Shown here piece after piece: positions 16,448 to 28,319 of a stretch of 64,000 bases of DNA. A program made the position numbers and the translations under genes. Below the pieces are notes generated by a model. That model saw only the letters and a list, made by a program, of their open reading frames with translations. It was not told the origin of the DNA and ran no database searches. This DNA is from Macrostomum lignano (taxonomy: Eukaryota). Numbering within the stretch: position 1 is the stretch's first letter; every line of letters begins with the position of its first letter. Location of the stretch: positions 186,001 through 250,000 of the forward strand of contig NIVC01001338.1 of the NCBI GenBank assembly GCA_002269645.1, in the 5' to 3' direction.

Positions 16448-16948
16448 AGCAAAGAAATATCCAAGTGACTCAGGGACTCAGGGGTGACTGTGTTGTCTGT
16501 AAGGTACACTGTACACAGTACAGTACAGTTGATCCATGGTATCCTGTTCTTGTCGAGAAAGTTAAGCATTGGTGGCAAACAATTTTACTAGGTGGTGGCT
16601 ACGAGTGAAAATAGCTCGCTAGCACTGTCGGACGACCTAGCAACACACTGAGTTGGGAGTTAGATGTACTTTTCCATAGGAAAATCTAACTGAATAGAGT
16701 GCTTTCCCATGCTAGTGCAATCTGAGTCTAAAAATAGCACACAGACACAGCTAAAAGTCTATTTTTAGCACACATCGTCAGTAAACGTCATACAATGCAA
16801 GATTTATTTAAAGATGTTGTCGTTTGCACAAGGGAGGCTCAGAAACTGCACTACATATACTGAGTATGCAGGTGAGGCTAGTGAGGCCAAGATTCAGTCT
16901 GCTCTGCAACATTGAAGTGTAACTTTCAGAGAGGCTAATAAACTCAGT

Positions 16949-18514
16949 ATGGTGATCGAATACGACAGCTGCTTGGAAGCCGTGCTCAGCAATGTGCACT
17001 CCGGCTGCTCAGTCATGGTTGGCGGCTTCGGTCACTGCGGCTCGCCTGAAGGCCTGCTGGCTCAGGTGCTGCAGAGCGGCGCCGAAGGCCTGACGCTGAT
17101 CTCGGGCACTGGGGGCAGTCCGGACTCTGGGCTCGGCCGGCTCATATCAAGGCGTCGGGTGCAAAGTCTGCTCACCACCTACATTGGCGCCAACCGCGAG
17201 ATCTACCAGCGTCACCTGCTGGACCAGCTGGAGCTGCAGCTCCTGCCGCAGGGCACCTTCGCCGAGAGGATCCGGGCTGGCGGCTCCGGGCTGGCGGCCT
17301 TCTACACCCGCGCCGGCGTTGGCACCGCCATCGCAAACGGCGGCGTGCCGCTCCGATACGGACCCGACGGCGGCGTTCTGGAGGTCACCGCGGCAAAGGA
17401 GACGCGCCTGTTCGACGGGGTGGAGCACGTGCTCGAGACGGCGCTGAAAGCCGATGTCGCCCTGGTGAAGGCCTGGCGCGCCGACCGGGCCGGCAACCTG
17501 CAGTTCCGGATGTCGGCGAACAACTTCAACGGGATCATGTGCCAGGCGGCCCGGGTCGCCATCGCCGAGGTCGAAGAGATTGTCGACTGCGGACAGTTGC
17601 CAGCGGACCAGATCCACGTGCCCTCGGTGTTCGTGCAGGGCCTGGTGCTGGCGGAGAAGCAGCGGCCGGAGGCGAGGCGAGTGCTGAAGCGGGCGACCTC
17701 GCGCCAGCAGCAGCCGGCGTTGATGACCATCGCTCGCCGAGTCGCCGCCGAGTTCAAGGCTGACAGCTTCGCGAACGTCGGCCTGGGCATCCCGATGCTG
17801 GCCGCCAGCTGCGTGCCACGTGGCCTGAACGTCTTCCTGCACTCGGAGAACGGGGTGCTCGGCCTGGGCCCCTACCCCAGCTCGGAGGCGGACTTCGACC
17901 CGGACCTCATCAACGCCAGTCGGGAGAGCGTCACGCTTCGGCCCGGGGCGGTCTGCTTTGACTCGGCCACCAGCTTTGCCATTGTGAGCGGCGGCCATCT
18001 CAGCATGACTGTGCTGGGCGCTAATCAGGTAGAAATTCTCTAAAAATCTGGTTCATAATGTAATTGTTAGCATATGTTGCACGACGGCAGTGGCAGAATT
18101 GGCAACAACCTCATTTTATCTGAATTTCCCTTTCAGGTGTCGCAATTCGGCGACATCGCCAACTGGATCATCCCTGGCGCAGCCGCCGTCGGCATGGGCG
18201 GCGCCATGGAGCTGGTCAGCTGCGGCATCCGCGTGGTGGCCGCCATGCGCCACTGCACTGTGAATGGCCAGCCAAAAATCCTGTCCAGCTGCACCCTGCC
18301 ACTGACTGGCAGACGCTGCGTCGATCTCATAGTGACGGACCTGGCGGTGTTCTCCGTGGACAAGAACCGCGGCCTGACCCTGCTGGAGCTGGCGGACGGC
18401 GTAACAGTGAGCCAAGTGGCCGCCTGTACAGACTGCCATTTCGCAATCTCCGACTCTGTGCAACCCGTGAAGCAGGTGGTTGACTGCACTACTAGCGAGC
18501 TGGCACGAGTTTGA
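16949..18514 (+). CDS. OXCT1: Succinyl-CoA:3-ketoacid CoA transferase (SCOT/OXCT-type, fused A+B); join(16949..18028,18137..18514), 485 aa
   Basis: GGFGxCGxPE, QGTFAERIRAGG, KAWRADRAGN, catalytic SENG, GMGGAM motifs; intron CAG|GTAGAA...TTTCAG|GTG phase 0 restores GANQ-VSQFGDIANW. Confidence 0.93.
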
Positions 18515-18584
18515 ACACTTTTCTTGGTGTTGGATTCATACTTTGTAATGCGATTTCATATTTGCGTCAGATACTACTTACAGT

Positions 18585-19011
18585 CACAGAATAACTAGAT
18601 GGGCCACTCAGGCATCTTAGCAAAACAGCTTTCTACTTCCAGTTCAGTAGCAAAGAAAATAAAGGCAGCTAAAATTACTTTTGATAAGTTTAGAAGCCCA
18701 AAGCTTGCAGGCGTAAACAACTTGCTAATTGGTTCAGCAATAATGTACATTAGCCAGTCCACTGAAATGTACATGGAAGTTTTAGGCTGGAATTCCAAGA
18801 AAGGCAATAAAAATTGGGGGTGGTGCGGGGGGATAGTGTGGAAAGGCGCCGTTGGAAGGGTTTTTAGCTGGGGAGGGGGGGGGGTAAGAGCCAATAAATT
18901 GAGCCTTGGTTTTAAAATACATTAAAACGCTTCTGTTTAACTTACTACTGAACTGAAAATAGCTTACATGCAAATGTGCTGAGTGGCCCATCCAGTTATC
19001 TATTATCTGTG
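18585..19011. mobile_element. MITE-like element with imperfect ~27-bp terminal inverted repeats
   Basis: cacagaataactagatgggccactcag (18585-18611) vs ctgagtggcccatccagttatctattatctgtg (18979-19011); right end recurs at 38189-38266. Confidence 0.6.
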
Positions 19012-20273
19012 CTTACTGCAGTAGACGAAAAGTGTACACCTGTACAGAAATAAATAAACCAAACACTGCAACGCTTTATTCGAATTTAGTTGTTAATAAC
19101 AAAACTGGATTTAAGATTGTTTTGGCCATAAAAAACCCGAACTGCCAAATTCCCGAGCACTGTCGTGTATTACATGCAGCATATACTACTGTTAATAGAA
19201 TGTGCAAACTCCGCGCATAAAAGATTAATTCAGGGCTCCAATACAGTTGCTTAAAAAATCCACGAAAATATGCTCTTCAAAAATAGCGGGAGAAAGAGAC
19301 AGGATATTAATATTATTGATAAAGCAACACCCCAGTATTGTGGGGTGTGAAAGCTTTTAATGGTGCTGCTGGGCATCAAACACTAAACAGCTTTGGCAGC
19401 GCGATATGCTTGCAATTATTGCACCAAAGGAATGGGGTGGAACGCTTGAAAACAGATAATATTATATATTATTAATAAACTGTCTGTCACGTGCAGCAAT
19501 TTTAAACAAGACAATAACAAAAATTCCGATTGCATCAAGATATGCAATTCGCACAGTTGTACTATTAATAATGATACTTGAACAGTAAAAATATGGAAGT
19601 GCAGATCCTGTTCAGCAGTTCCAATATAAAGCCACAACTTTGCCACCAAAACGAATTCCAAACGTATTAAGAAAAATACTCAAACATGAGTAAGCAAAAA
19701 ACATTTCTCTGACATAATAAAATCTTATCTTTCTCAATCTACAGTACATTCTACAATGTACATAGGATGACTCGTACATGTCATGTACATACATACAATT
19801 TAGCATATTCCTGACTGCCAAAGGAAAAATTTTCTAGCTTCGCATTGTACATTGTAGGAATCTCCTATGTACACAACAATATCTTCAAGTACATGGAGTA
19901 CATCTATTATTTTAACAATATAAATCAGTAGAAGGCATTGGTTCCACAAATTCTATCAGCATCAACACATTAAATACAGAGCTAGCGTAGGTAAAAATGC
20001 TGCAGTAAGTCATTTGATAATCAAAACTAATCAATTTTTCTGTCTGATCTACCTGCCTACCAACGTAGCTATAAACCTGCCTTCTAAACTACCTACAATC
20101 CTGCCTACCAAACTATTTATCTACTAACCAACCTACCTACCGACCTATCTACCAACCTACATGACCTACCTACCTGACCAACCTACCAACCAACCTACCA
20201 ACCTACCTACCTGATCAACCTGCCTACCTACCAACCTACCTGACCAACCCAACAACCTACCTACCTGACCAAC

Positions 20274-23200
20274 CTACCTACTACCAACCTTACCACCCAG
20301 GCCTTGAATCTCCCTCCTGCTGGTGGCGGCCAGGCCTCTAGTCCAGAACTTCAGCACCAGTTCGTCGTTACGCGAGCAGCCCAGGCTGTCGAGCAGTTCA
20401 GAGACCTGCGCATTGCTCAGCTGCTGCTGCTGAGCGCCTTGCACGTAGCAGCAGGTGAAAAACTGTCTTGCCCTGTTCAACCAGTCCTCCTTGACGTTGG
20501 TGACCAGCAGGTCCAGAGCTTCATCTGGAAGCTGCTGACTGTCCAGCAGTTTGTCCAGCTCGTCGATAAGTCCGGGCAGTCCCAGCAGGGAGTTGTAGGC
20601 GCTGCTGGGCACGGGGCAGTTGGTGGCGCAGCTCACGGTCAGGTCGTCAACAGAGGCAAAGGATTCGGCTGCCAGGCTGCGAAGGTCAGCGCGGCATTCC
20701 AGCACGAGCATCGGATGGCTGACGGGATCGGTGAGCACAATGTCCGGGATGACCGCCTCCCAGGCCAGGCCAAGGAAGTTGCACCTGCGGTTTGGAAATT
20801 GCAAATTTGTCAGTGACTGACAATGACTGAAAATGAGTCATTGACTGATGATCGATTGAAAATGAGTCATTGGCTGATGATCGATTGAAAATGAGTCATT
20901 GACTGATGATCGATTGAAAATGAGTCATTGGCTGATGATCGATTGAAAATGAGTCATTGACTGATGATCGATTGAAAATGAGTCATTGGCTGATGATCGA
21001 TTGAAAATGAGCCATTGACTGATGATCGATTGAAAATGAGTCATTGGCTGATGATCGATTGAAAATGAGTCATTGGCTGATGATCGATTGAAAATGAGTC
21101 ATTGGCTGATGATCGATTGAAAATGAGTCATTGGCTGATGACCGATTGAAAATGAGTCATTGGCTGATGATCGTTTGAAAATGAGTCATTGGCTGATGAT
21201 CGATTGAAAATGAGTCATTGGCTGATGATCGATTGAAAATGAGTCATTGGCTGATGACGATTGAAAATGAGTCATTGGCTGATGATCGATTGAAAATGAG
21301 TCATTGACTGATGATCGATTGAAAATGAGTCATTGGCTGATGATCGATTGAAAATGAGTCATTGACTGATGATCGATTGAAAATGAGTCATTGACTGATG
21401 ATCGATTGAAAATGAGTCATTGGCTGACGATCGATTGAAAATGAGTCATTGACTGATGATCGATTGAAAATGAGTCATTGGCTGATGATCGATTGAAAAT
21501 GAGTCATTGGCTGATGATCGATTGAAAATGAGTCATTGGCTGATGACCGATTGAAAATGAGTCATTGGCTGATGATCGATTGAAAATGAGTCATTGACTG
21601 ACGATGATCGATTGAAAATGAGTCATTGACTGACGATGATCGATTGAAAATGAGTTATTGGCTGATGATCGATTGAAAATGAGTCATTGACTGACGATGA
21701 TCGATTGAAAATGAGTCATTGAGGCGATTAAAGAGTAATCGATTGGTGACTATTGGTTGAAAATGAGTCATTGATTGATAGTGATTGGTTAAAAATAAGT
21801 TTTTGATTAGGATGATTGATTAAAGATGAGTCATTGATGGGTGATGATTGATTGAAAATGAAAATGAGTCATTGATTTGCGATGATTAGTTGGAAATGAG
21901 TCATTGATTTGCGATGATTAGTTGAAATGAGTCATTGATTTGCGATGATTAGTTGGAAATGAGTCATTGATTTGCGATGATTAGTTGAAAATGAGTCATT
22001 GACTTGCGATGATTAGTTGAAAATGAGTCATTGATTGGTGATGATTAGTTGAAATGAGTCATTGATTGGTGATGATTAGTTGGAAATGAGTCATTGATTT
22101 GCGATGATTAGTTGAAAATGAGTCATTGATTTGCGATGATTAGTTGGAAATGAGTCATTGATTTGCGATGATTAGTTGGAAATGAGTCATTGATTTGCGA
22201 TGATTAGTTGAAAATGAGTCATTGATTTGCGATGATTAGTTGAAAATGAGTCATTGATTTGCGATGATTAGTTGGGAATGAGTCATTGATTTGCGATGAT
22301 TAGTTGGAAATGAGTCATTGATTTGCGATGATTAGTTGAAAATGAGTCATTGATTTGCGATGATTAGTTGAAAATGAGTCATTGATTTGCGATGATTAGT
22401 TGGAAATGAGTCATTGATTTGCGATGATTAGTTGAAAATGAGTCATTGATTGGTGATGATTAGTTGAAAATGAGTCATTGATTTGCGATGATTAGTTGAA
22501 AATGAGTCATTGATTTGCGATGATTAGTTGGAAATGAGTCATTGATTTGCGATGATTAGTTGAAAATGAGTCATTGATTTGCGATGATTAGTTGAAAATG
22601 AGTCATTGATTTGCGATGATTAGTTGGAAATGAGTCATTGATTTGCGATGATTAGTTGAAAATGAGTCATTGATTGGTGATGATTAGTTGGAAATGAGTC
22701 ATTGATTTGCGATGATTAGTTGAAAATGAGTCATTGATTTGCGATGATTAGTTGAAAATGAGTCATTGATCGGTGATGATTGGTTGAAAATGAGTCATTG
22801 ATTTGCGATGATTAGTTGGAAATGAGTCATTGATTTGCGATGATTAGTTGAAAATGAGTCATTGATTTGCGATGATTAGTTGAAAATGAGTCATTGATTT
22901 GCGATGATTAGTTGAAAATGAGTCATTGATTGGTGATGATTGGTTGGAAATGAGTCATTGACTAATGAGGAATGAAAATGACATACCAGACTCACCTGTA
23001 AGGCTCTTCATACACGCTGGAATTCAGCACCTCTTGTACGCAGTTGTGCGGCAAAATCTGTCGCATCAGCTTGAAAAATGAGGCGGCCAGAGCGGGCAGG
23101 TTGGTGCGGAACACAATCTGATTGCCGGTGACCAGGTGGTACAGGAGGAGGAGGAAGATGTGCGGCTGTCTGTGCAGACTCAGCTGCGGCGAGTCCGGGT

Positions 23201-24932
23201 CCAGCACTGACACGGACCTGCGGGGAGATGGTGTAATAGGCTAGATTAGCAATCCGTTTTACAATAGTCAGGTTGGCTAGATTAGCAATCCATTTTAAAA
23301 TCATTAAGTTGACTAGATTAGCAATCCATTTTAAAATCGTCAAGTTGACTAGATTAGCAATCCATTTTAAAATCATTAAGTTGACTAGATTAGCAATCCA
23401 TTTTAAAATCGTCAAGTTGGCTAAATTAGCAATCCATTTTAAAATCGTCAAGTTGGCTAGATTAGCAATCCATTTTACAATCGTCAAGTTGGCTAGATTA
23501 GCAATCCACCAGTTCCTTTGCGCAATGCAGCTTAGCACATTGTACTCCATCATACCTGTCAATCAAGTTGGTAACAGGCACCCGTTTTAGCCGCTGCCTG
23601 ATGTGCCTGAGCGAGTGGAACACGATGCTGACCACCGCGTTACCGCCAGCGGGTTTGCAAACCGTGGGAGCGGTTGGAGTTGGCACCACCGTTCTGGTGC
23701 CCTCGTCCTCGGAATCCTGAGAAGGTTTGAGTAGACAGTAGATTTACAATTGTGCTTACGGTAGCTAAATGAAATTACACTATGACCTATGAGCGATTTT
23801 AAACTATGACCTATGAGCGATTTTAAACTATGACCTATGAGCGAATTTAAACTATGACCTATGAGCGATTTTACACTATGACCTATGAGCGAATTTAAAC
23901 CATGACTTATGAGCGAATTTTAACTATGGCCTACGAGCGAATTTAAATTATGACCTATGAGGAAAGTAAAACTATGACCTATGAGCAAATCTACATTATC
24001 ATTCATGAGTCTGCATAATCCATAACAATCTTGCAGCTAAACCATGACCACTGAAAAGCTCAACTATGACCCATGAGCACCTCGCTATCCAGCAGGCAGT
24101 CCTGATCAGCGGCCATCATCTGCAGTTCCTCCACCAGCTCGTCCTCAGTCGGCCGGCCCACCCGAATCTCCTCCCGTTGCCAGCCGCGCAGCATCCAGGA
24201 GAACCAGAGATGAAGCCGCTTGAACACGGCCGGGTCGCCGGTGAGCTGAGCCAATGACCTAGCTGGATTATCCGACCGGCGCATTCTCAACCAGCTCGAG
24301 CCGTTGATTCGAGTCGCCTTGGCGCTGCCCTGACGCAGCTGCTCAGCTTGAAACTGTGCAGTAGCCATCTGCTTCAATGCGCCGCTAATCCTGCCAATCT
24401 GAGCCACCAGCCAAGGCCAGGCCTGCAACAGCATGCGACTGTCGGTGGACATCACAACGACAGCGTATTGGCTAGTCAGACCCCGAGCCTTGGCATCGTC
24501 CAGTTGAAACGGCGAGCCCATCACGTGACCATTGACCGGGTCGCCAAAGTACATGGCGCTAGTTGGACAAACTTCGCAGGAGTGCACGCGAAGGCAGGCC
24601 TGACGGAGACGGCTGTACAACTGGCTAGGCCAGGTGGGGTGCTGACTGGAGACCAGGTGCACCCCGGCAGAGGCGTCCTCGGTGTGCATAGCCAGAATGT
24701 TTGGCGGCATGGATCGGCAGGAAGGGCAGGCGACAACTGGGAAGCACACGGATGCGGGCGGAGGCTGCTGCTGGGTCAACAGTGTCTCCTCGGCTCGGGC
24801 TGGGGATGGCGGAGTCGGCGCCACCTCCAGCAGTTGACGGGAGCTGCTGGGCAGCTGTTGCATGACCTGCATGCATAGCACTACTGAAGGACCGTGGTCC
24901 TCGCAGAAGTGTGTTAGCGCAATGAGACAGTT
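20274..24932 (-). CDS. FLCN: Folliculin; complement(join(20274..20784,22996..23217,23556..23716,24081..24932)); initiator Met not in the first identified exon
   Basis: N-terminal NCLIALTHFCEDHGP (human MNAIVALCHFCELHGP), FHSLRHIRQ, YHLVTGNQIV, YEEPYR|CNFLGL, LKFWTRGL; splice phases 0/2/2 consistent; 581 codons plus Met is close to the human length. Confidence 0.93.
20820..22962. repeat. Two-family minisatellite (29-bp then 32-bp units) filling folliculin intron 3; shared core GAAAATGAGTCATTG
   Basis: Units gaaaatgagtcattggctgatgatcgatt (20820-21720) and gaaaatgagtcattgatttgcgatgattagtt (21870-22960). Confidence 0.97.
23239..23507. repeat. 36-bp minisatellite (core GGCTAGATTAGCAATCCATT) in folliculin intron 2
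   Basis: About 7 tandem copies. Confidence 0.95.
23775..23990. repeat. ~25-bp minisatellite (AACTATGACCTATGAGCGATTTTAA) in folliculin intron 1
   Basis: Direct reading. Confidence 0.9.
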
Positions 24933-27134
24933 CTGAAAGATTTCGGATTGAGATTTAGAAATAATAAAAACCAATTAAGTGCTCCGGTTTTAAGTGCCAA
25001 TCAAATAGATATTATCAAGTTCTCAAGCTCACTCACTACTTGTCGTAGGGATAAGAAAGAGGGGGTGATGAAGTTGAGAGGAAGACAAGAAAATGATAGC
25101 CACAGGCACACCCTATAGACAGCGATGTAGGTGTGGTTAAGATAGAGGGGTAGGGTTGGACAATGGACAAGAAGATCAATAAAAACAGCACGCGCGATAA
25201 AAAGCAATAAAATGGGGAGGCCCGGCAAGGAGAAAGGGTAGGGTTGAGACTCGAGAGGAAGACCAGTTAACCCCACAGTAGCACAAAAAGTGGGGTTGGC
25301 TAAAATAGGAAAGAGGGTGTGGGTTGAGAGAGCAGATAAGTGAGTGGATCGATAACTACATCACGCGCAATAAAAAGCAATAGAATAGGGTTGGTCAGAA
25401 AAGAAGAAAGGGTTGAGACTAAAGAGGAAGCCAGATAATCGATAACCACAGCAAACATTGTAAAGTAGTAGCGTTAAAGTGAGGTTGGCTGGAATAGGAA
25501 AGTGGGTGAGTTGAGAGAGCCGATAAATGGATCGATAATGACATCACGCGATATAAAAATCAATAGAATAGGGTTGGCCAGACTATTGAGAGGGTTTGGT
25601 TGGCAGAGCCATATAATCGATCATCACAGCACACGCTATAAAACAGCAAAGATAAGCGTTGTCTGGAGTGGAAAGAAGGGGGCGGGGTCGAGAGGCAGAC
25701 CAAATAATCGATAACCATCCCACACGCTGGAGTTGACTGGAATAGGAAGGACAGGGTGGGGTGGGGTTCACAGCACGCGCTATAAAAATCAATAAAATGG
25801 GGTTGGCCGAAAAGGAACAGGAGGGTGGGGCTGAGAGGCCGACCCTATCGGTAATTATCAATAACAACAGGCCTACAGCAGCCCTATAAAAGCGACGAAG
25901 TGGGGTTGATTGTAATACAAAATACGGAATAGACCAGATCGATAAGTTAATATTTATGAATATTAGTACTTTGGATTGGACCAAACAAGCCCTATTTTAT
26001 AACAATATCAAGGAAATGCATACAAAAAACCAACACTGAATAATGACTAATTTGAAATAATACAGTAATTTTGCTTTCCAAGCTTTATACTACAACTAGT
26101 CCAATATATTTCGACCTATATTACAAAGCAGTAATAAATTAAGTGTTGTAGTCATATTCAGCTTTATTGAAGAACTTGATGAAGCACCATACTGACTTTA
26201 AAATAGTTAGATAATTCAAATCAGCTTGTGCGCAACTTGTAGTTTCAAAAAGTTGGTAAAAAAACAAAATATATTGGAGGACAGGCTTTGCATCAGAGAT
26301 CAATAAATTGATTATTATTATTGCAGTTAATAGGAGACTAATTGAGCAGCAGGCAGGTACTAATAACTAGTTAATTAGTTCACTATGCTGAAAATACACG
26401 CTGAACTAATCGAAAATATGTACAGAACAAATTTTGCTTATATTTTATCGTTTGCTGCTAGGGCTCAAAGAGATTACTAAGGTAATTAGCAGCTGGTGAG
26501 TCAAACGAAAACAGAGAGCCAAACTAAGAAGACAATTTACAAATAGATAGGCGTATGTAAAGCAAAAATAGGCCATAAAATACTTCACATACTACTGCGG
26601 TAGACAGGAAGCATTATTAATTAGGTAGTAAGGAAGATAATAGTAGACTTTGTAAAATTTGAATAAACAATAATAATGACTTTGTTTCATAAGTTGGGCA
26701 GCAAAAACGATTGCGATTATAAACAGAAGGCCATTGATGAGAAAAATAAATTATTATTAAAGTACATTTGTTAATTGCGTTGTCAAAATAAATACTAAGT
26801 AATAATATATACAGTACAACGGCATAAGCGGTACAACAAACAATACATATAGCAATAAAAAGCAGGGAAAAAGGAGTACGTTTTGTCCTACTAAAAAATA
26901 GCGCAAACAGACAAACAAAAATATTGTGGTTAAGGGTCTGACTGATAATTGCACAGTCTGACTAATGATTGTATTGCACTAACTATAAAATAAGTTTTTC
27001 TAACAACTATAAACCTCGTTTGAAAATAGTTTGGCAGCAGATAAACTAATACAACAAAATCGGGTATGATCTGTTTTGGAGTTGGAGTCACCTTTAAACT
27101 GCACAACACTCGTTTATCAGTCGCTTTTACTGTA

Positions 27135-28148
27135 GCTCATCCAGGTAAACCCCAATTACTGTAACTCATCAAGGTAAACCCCAATTACTGCAACTCATCA
27201 AGGTAAACCCCAATTACTGCAACTCATCCAGGTAAACCCCAATCACTGTAACTCATCCAGGTAAACCCCAATCACTGTAACTCATCCAGGTAAACCCCAA
27301 TCACTGTAACACATCCAGGTAAACCCCAATCACTGTAACACATCCAGGTAAACCCCAATCACTGTAACACATCCAGGTAAACCCCAATCACTGTAACACA
27401 TCCAGGTAAACCCCAATCACTGTAACACATCCAGGTAAACCCCAATCACTGTAACACATCCAGGTAAACCCCAATCACTGTAACACATCCAGGTAAACCC
27501 CAATCACTGTAACACATCCAGGTAAACCCCAATCACTGTAACACATCCAGGTAAACCCCAATTACTGTAACTCATCCAGGTAAACCCCAATCACTGTAAC
27601 ACATCCAGGTAAACCCCAATTACTGTAACTCATCCAGGTAAACCCCAATTACTGTAACTCATCCAGGTAAACCCCAATTACTGTAACTCATCCAGGTAAA
27701 CCCCAATTACTGTAGCTCATCCAGGTAGACTCCAATTACTGTAACTCATCCAGGTAAACCGCAATTACTGTAGCTCATCCAGGTAAACCCCAATTACTGT
27801 AACTCATCCAGGTAAACCCCAATTACTGTAGCTCATCCAGGTAAACCCTAATTACTGTAACTCATCCAGGTAAACCGCAATTACTGTAGCTCATCCAGGT
27901 AAACCCCAATTACTGTAGCTCATCCAGGTAGACTCCAATTACTGTAACTCATCCAGGTAAACCGCAATTACTGTAGCTCATCCAGGTAAACCCCAATTAC
28001 TGTAACTCATCCAGGTAAACCGCAATTACTGTAGCTCATCCAGGTAAACCCTAATTACTGTAACTCATCCAGGTAAACCGCAATTACTGTAGCTCATCCA
28101 GGTAAACCCCAATCACTGTAACTCATCCAGGTAAACCCCAATTACTGT
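27135..28148. repeat. 29-bp minisatellite (CTCATCCAGGTAAACCCCAATTACTGTAA), ~35 copies, between FoxN and FLCN
   Basis: Direct reading. Confidence 0.97.
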
Positions 28149-28319
28149 CAGCTATTCAAGACCGAATCAAACAAAAACTAATAATAATAGTATTATTACT
28201 ACCTGTGACGATCAGAACAGATAAACGTTTAAAAAGAAAGTAATAAAAAATTCAATGACTCTTTCTCATGCATTCGATCGGGGAAAACCAACGACTAGGT
28301 AAAACAAATAATATCTGAT

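Noticed and set aside
17147-18489. Antisense ORFs over SCOT (and similar ones over FLCN, FoxN, Rac1, CCNY)
   Set aside because: Shadow ORFs of GC-rich coding sequence.
20820-21720. Hammerhead-like CTGATGA-N6-GAAA plus palindrome in the 29-bp repeat
   Set aside because: No G-C closing pair for stem II, the cleavage triplet would end in G (not NUH), and the unit is too short to provide stem I.
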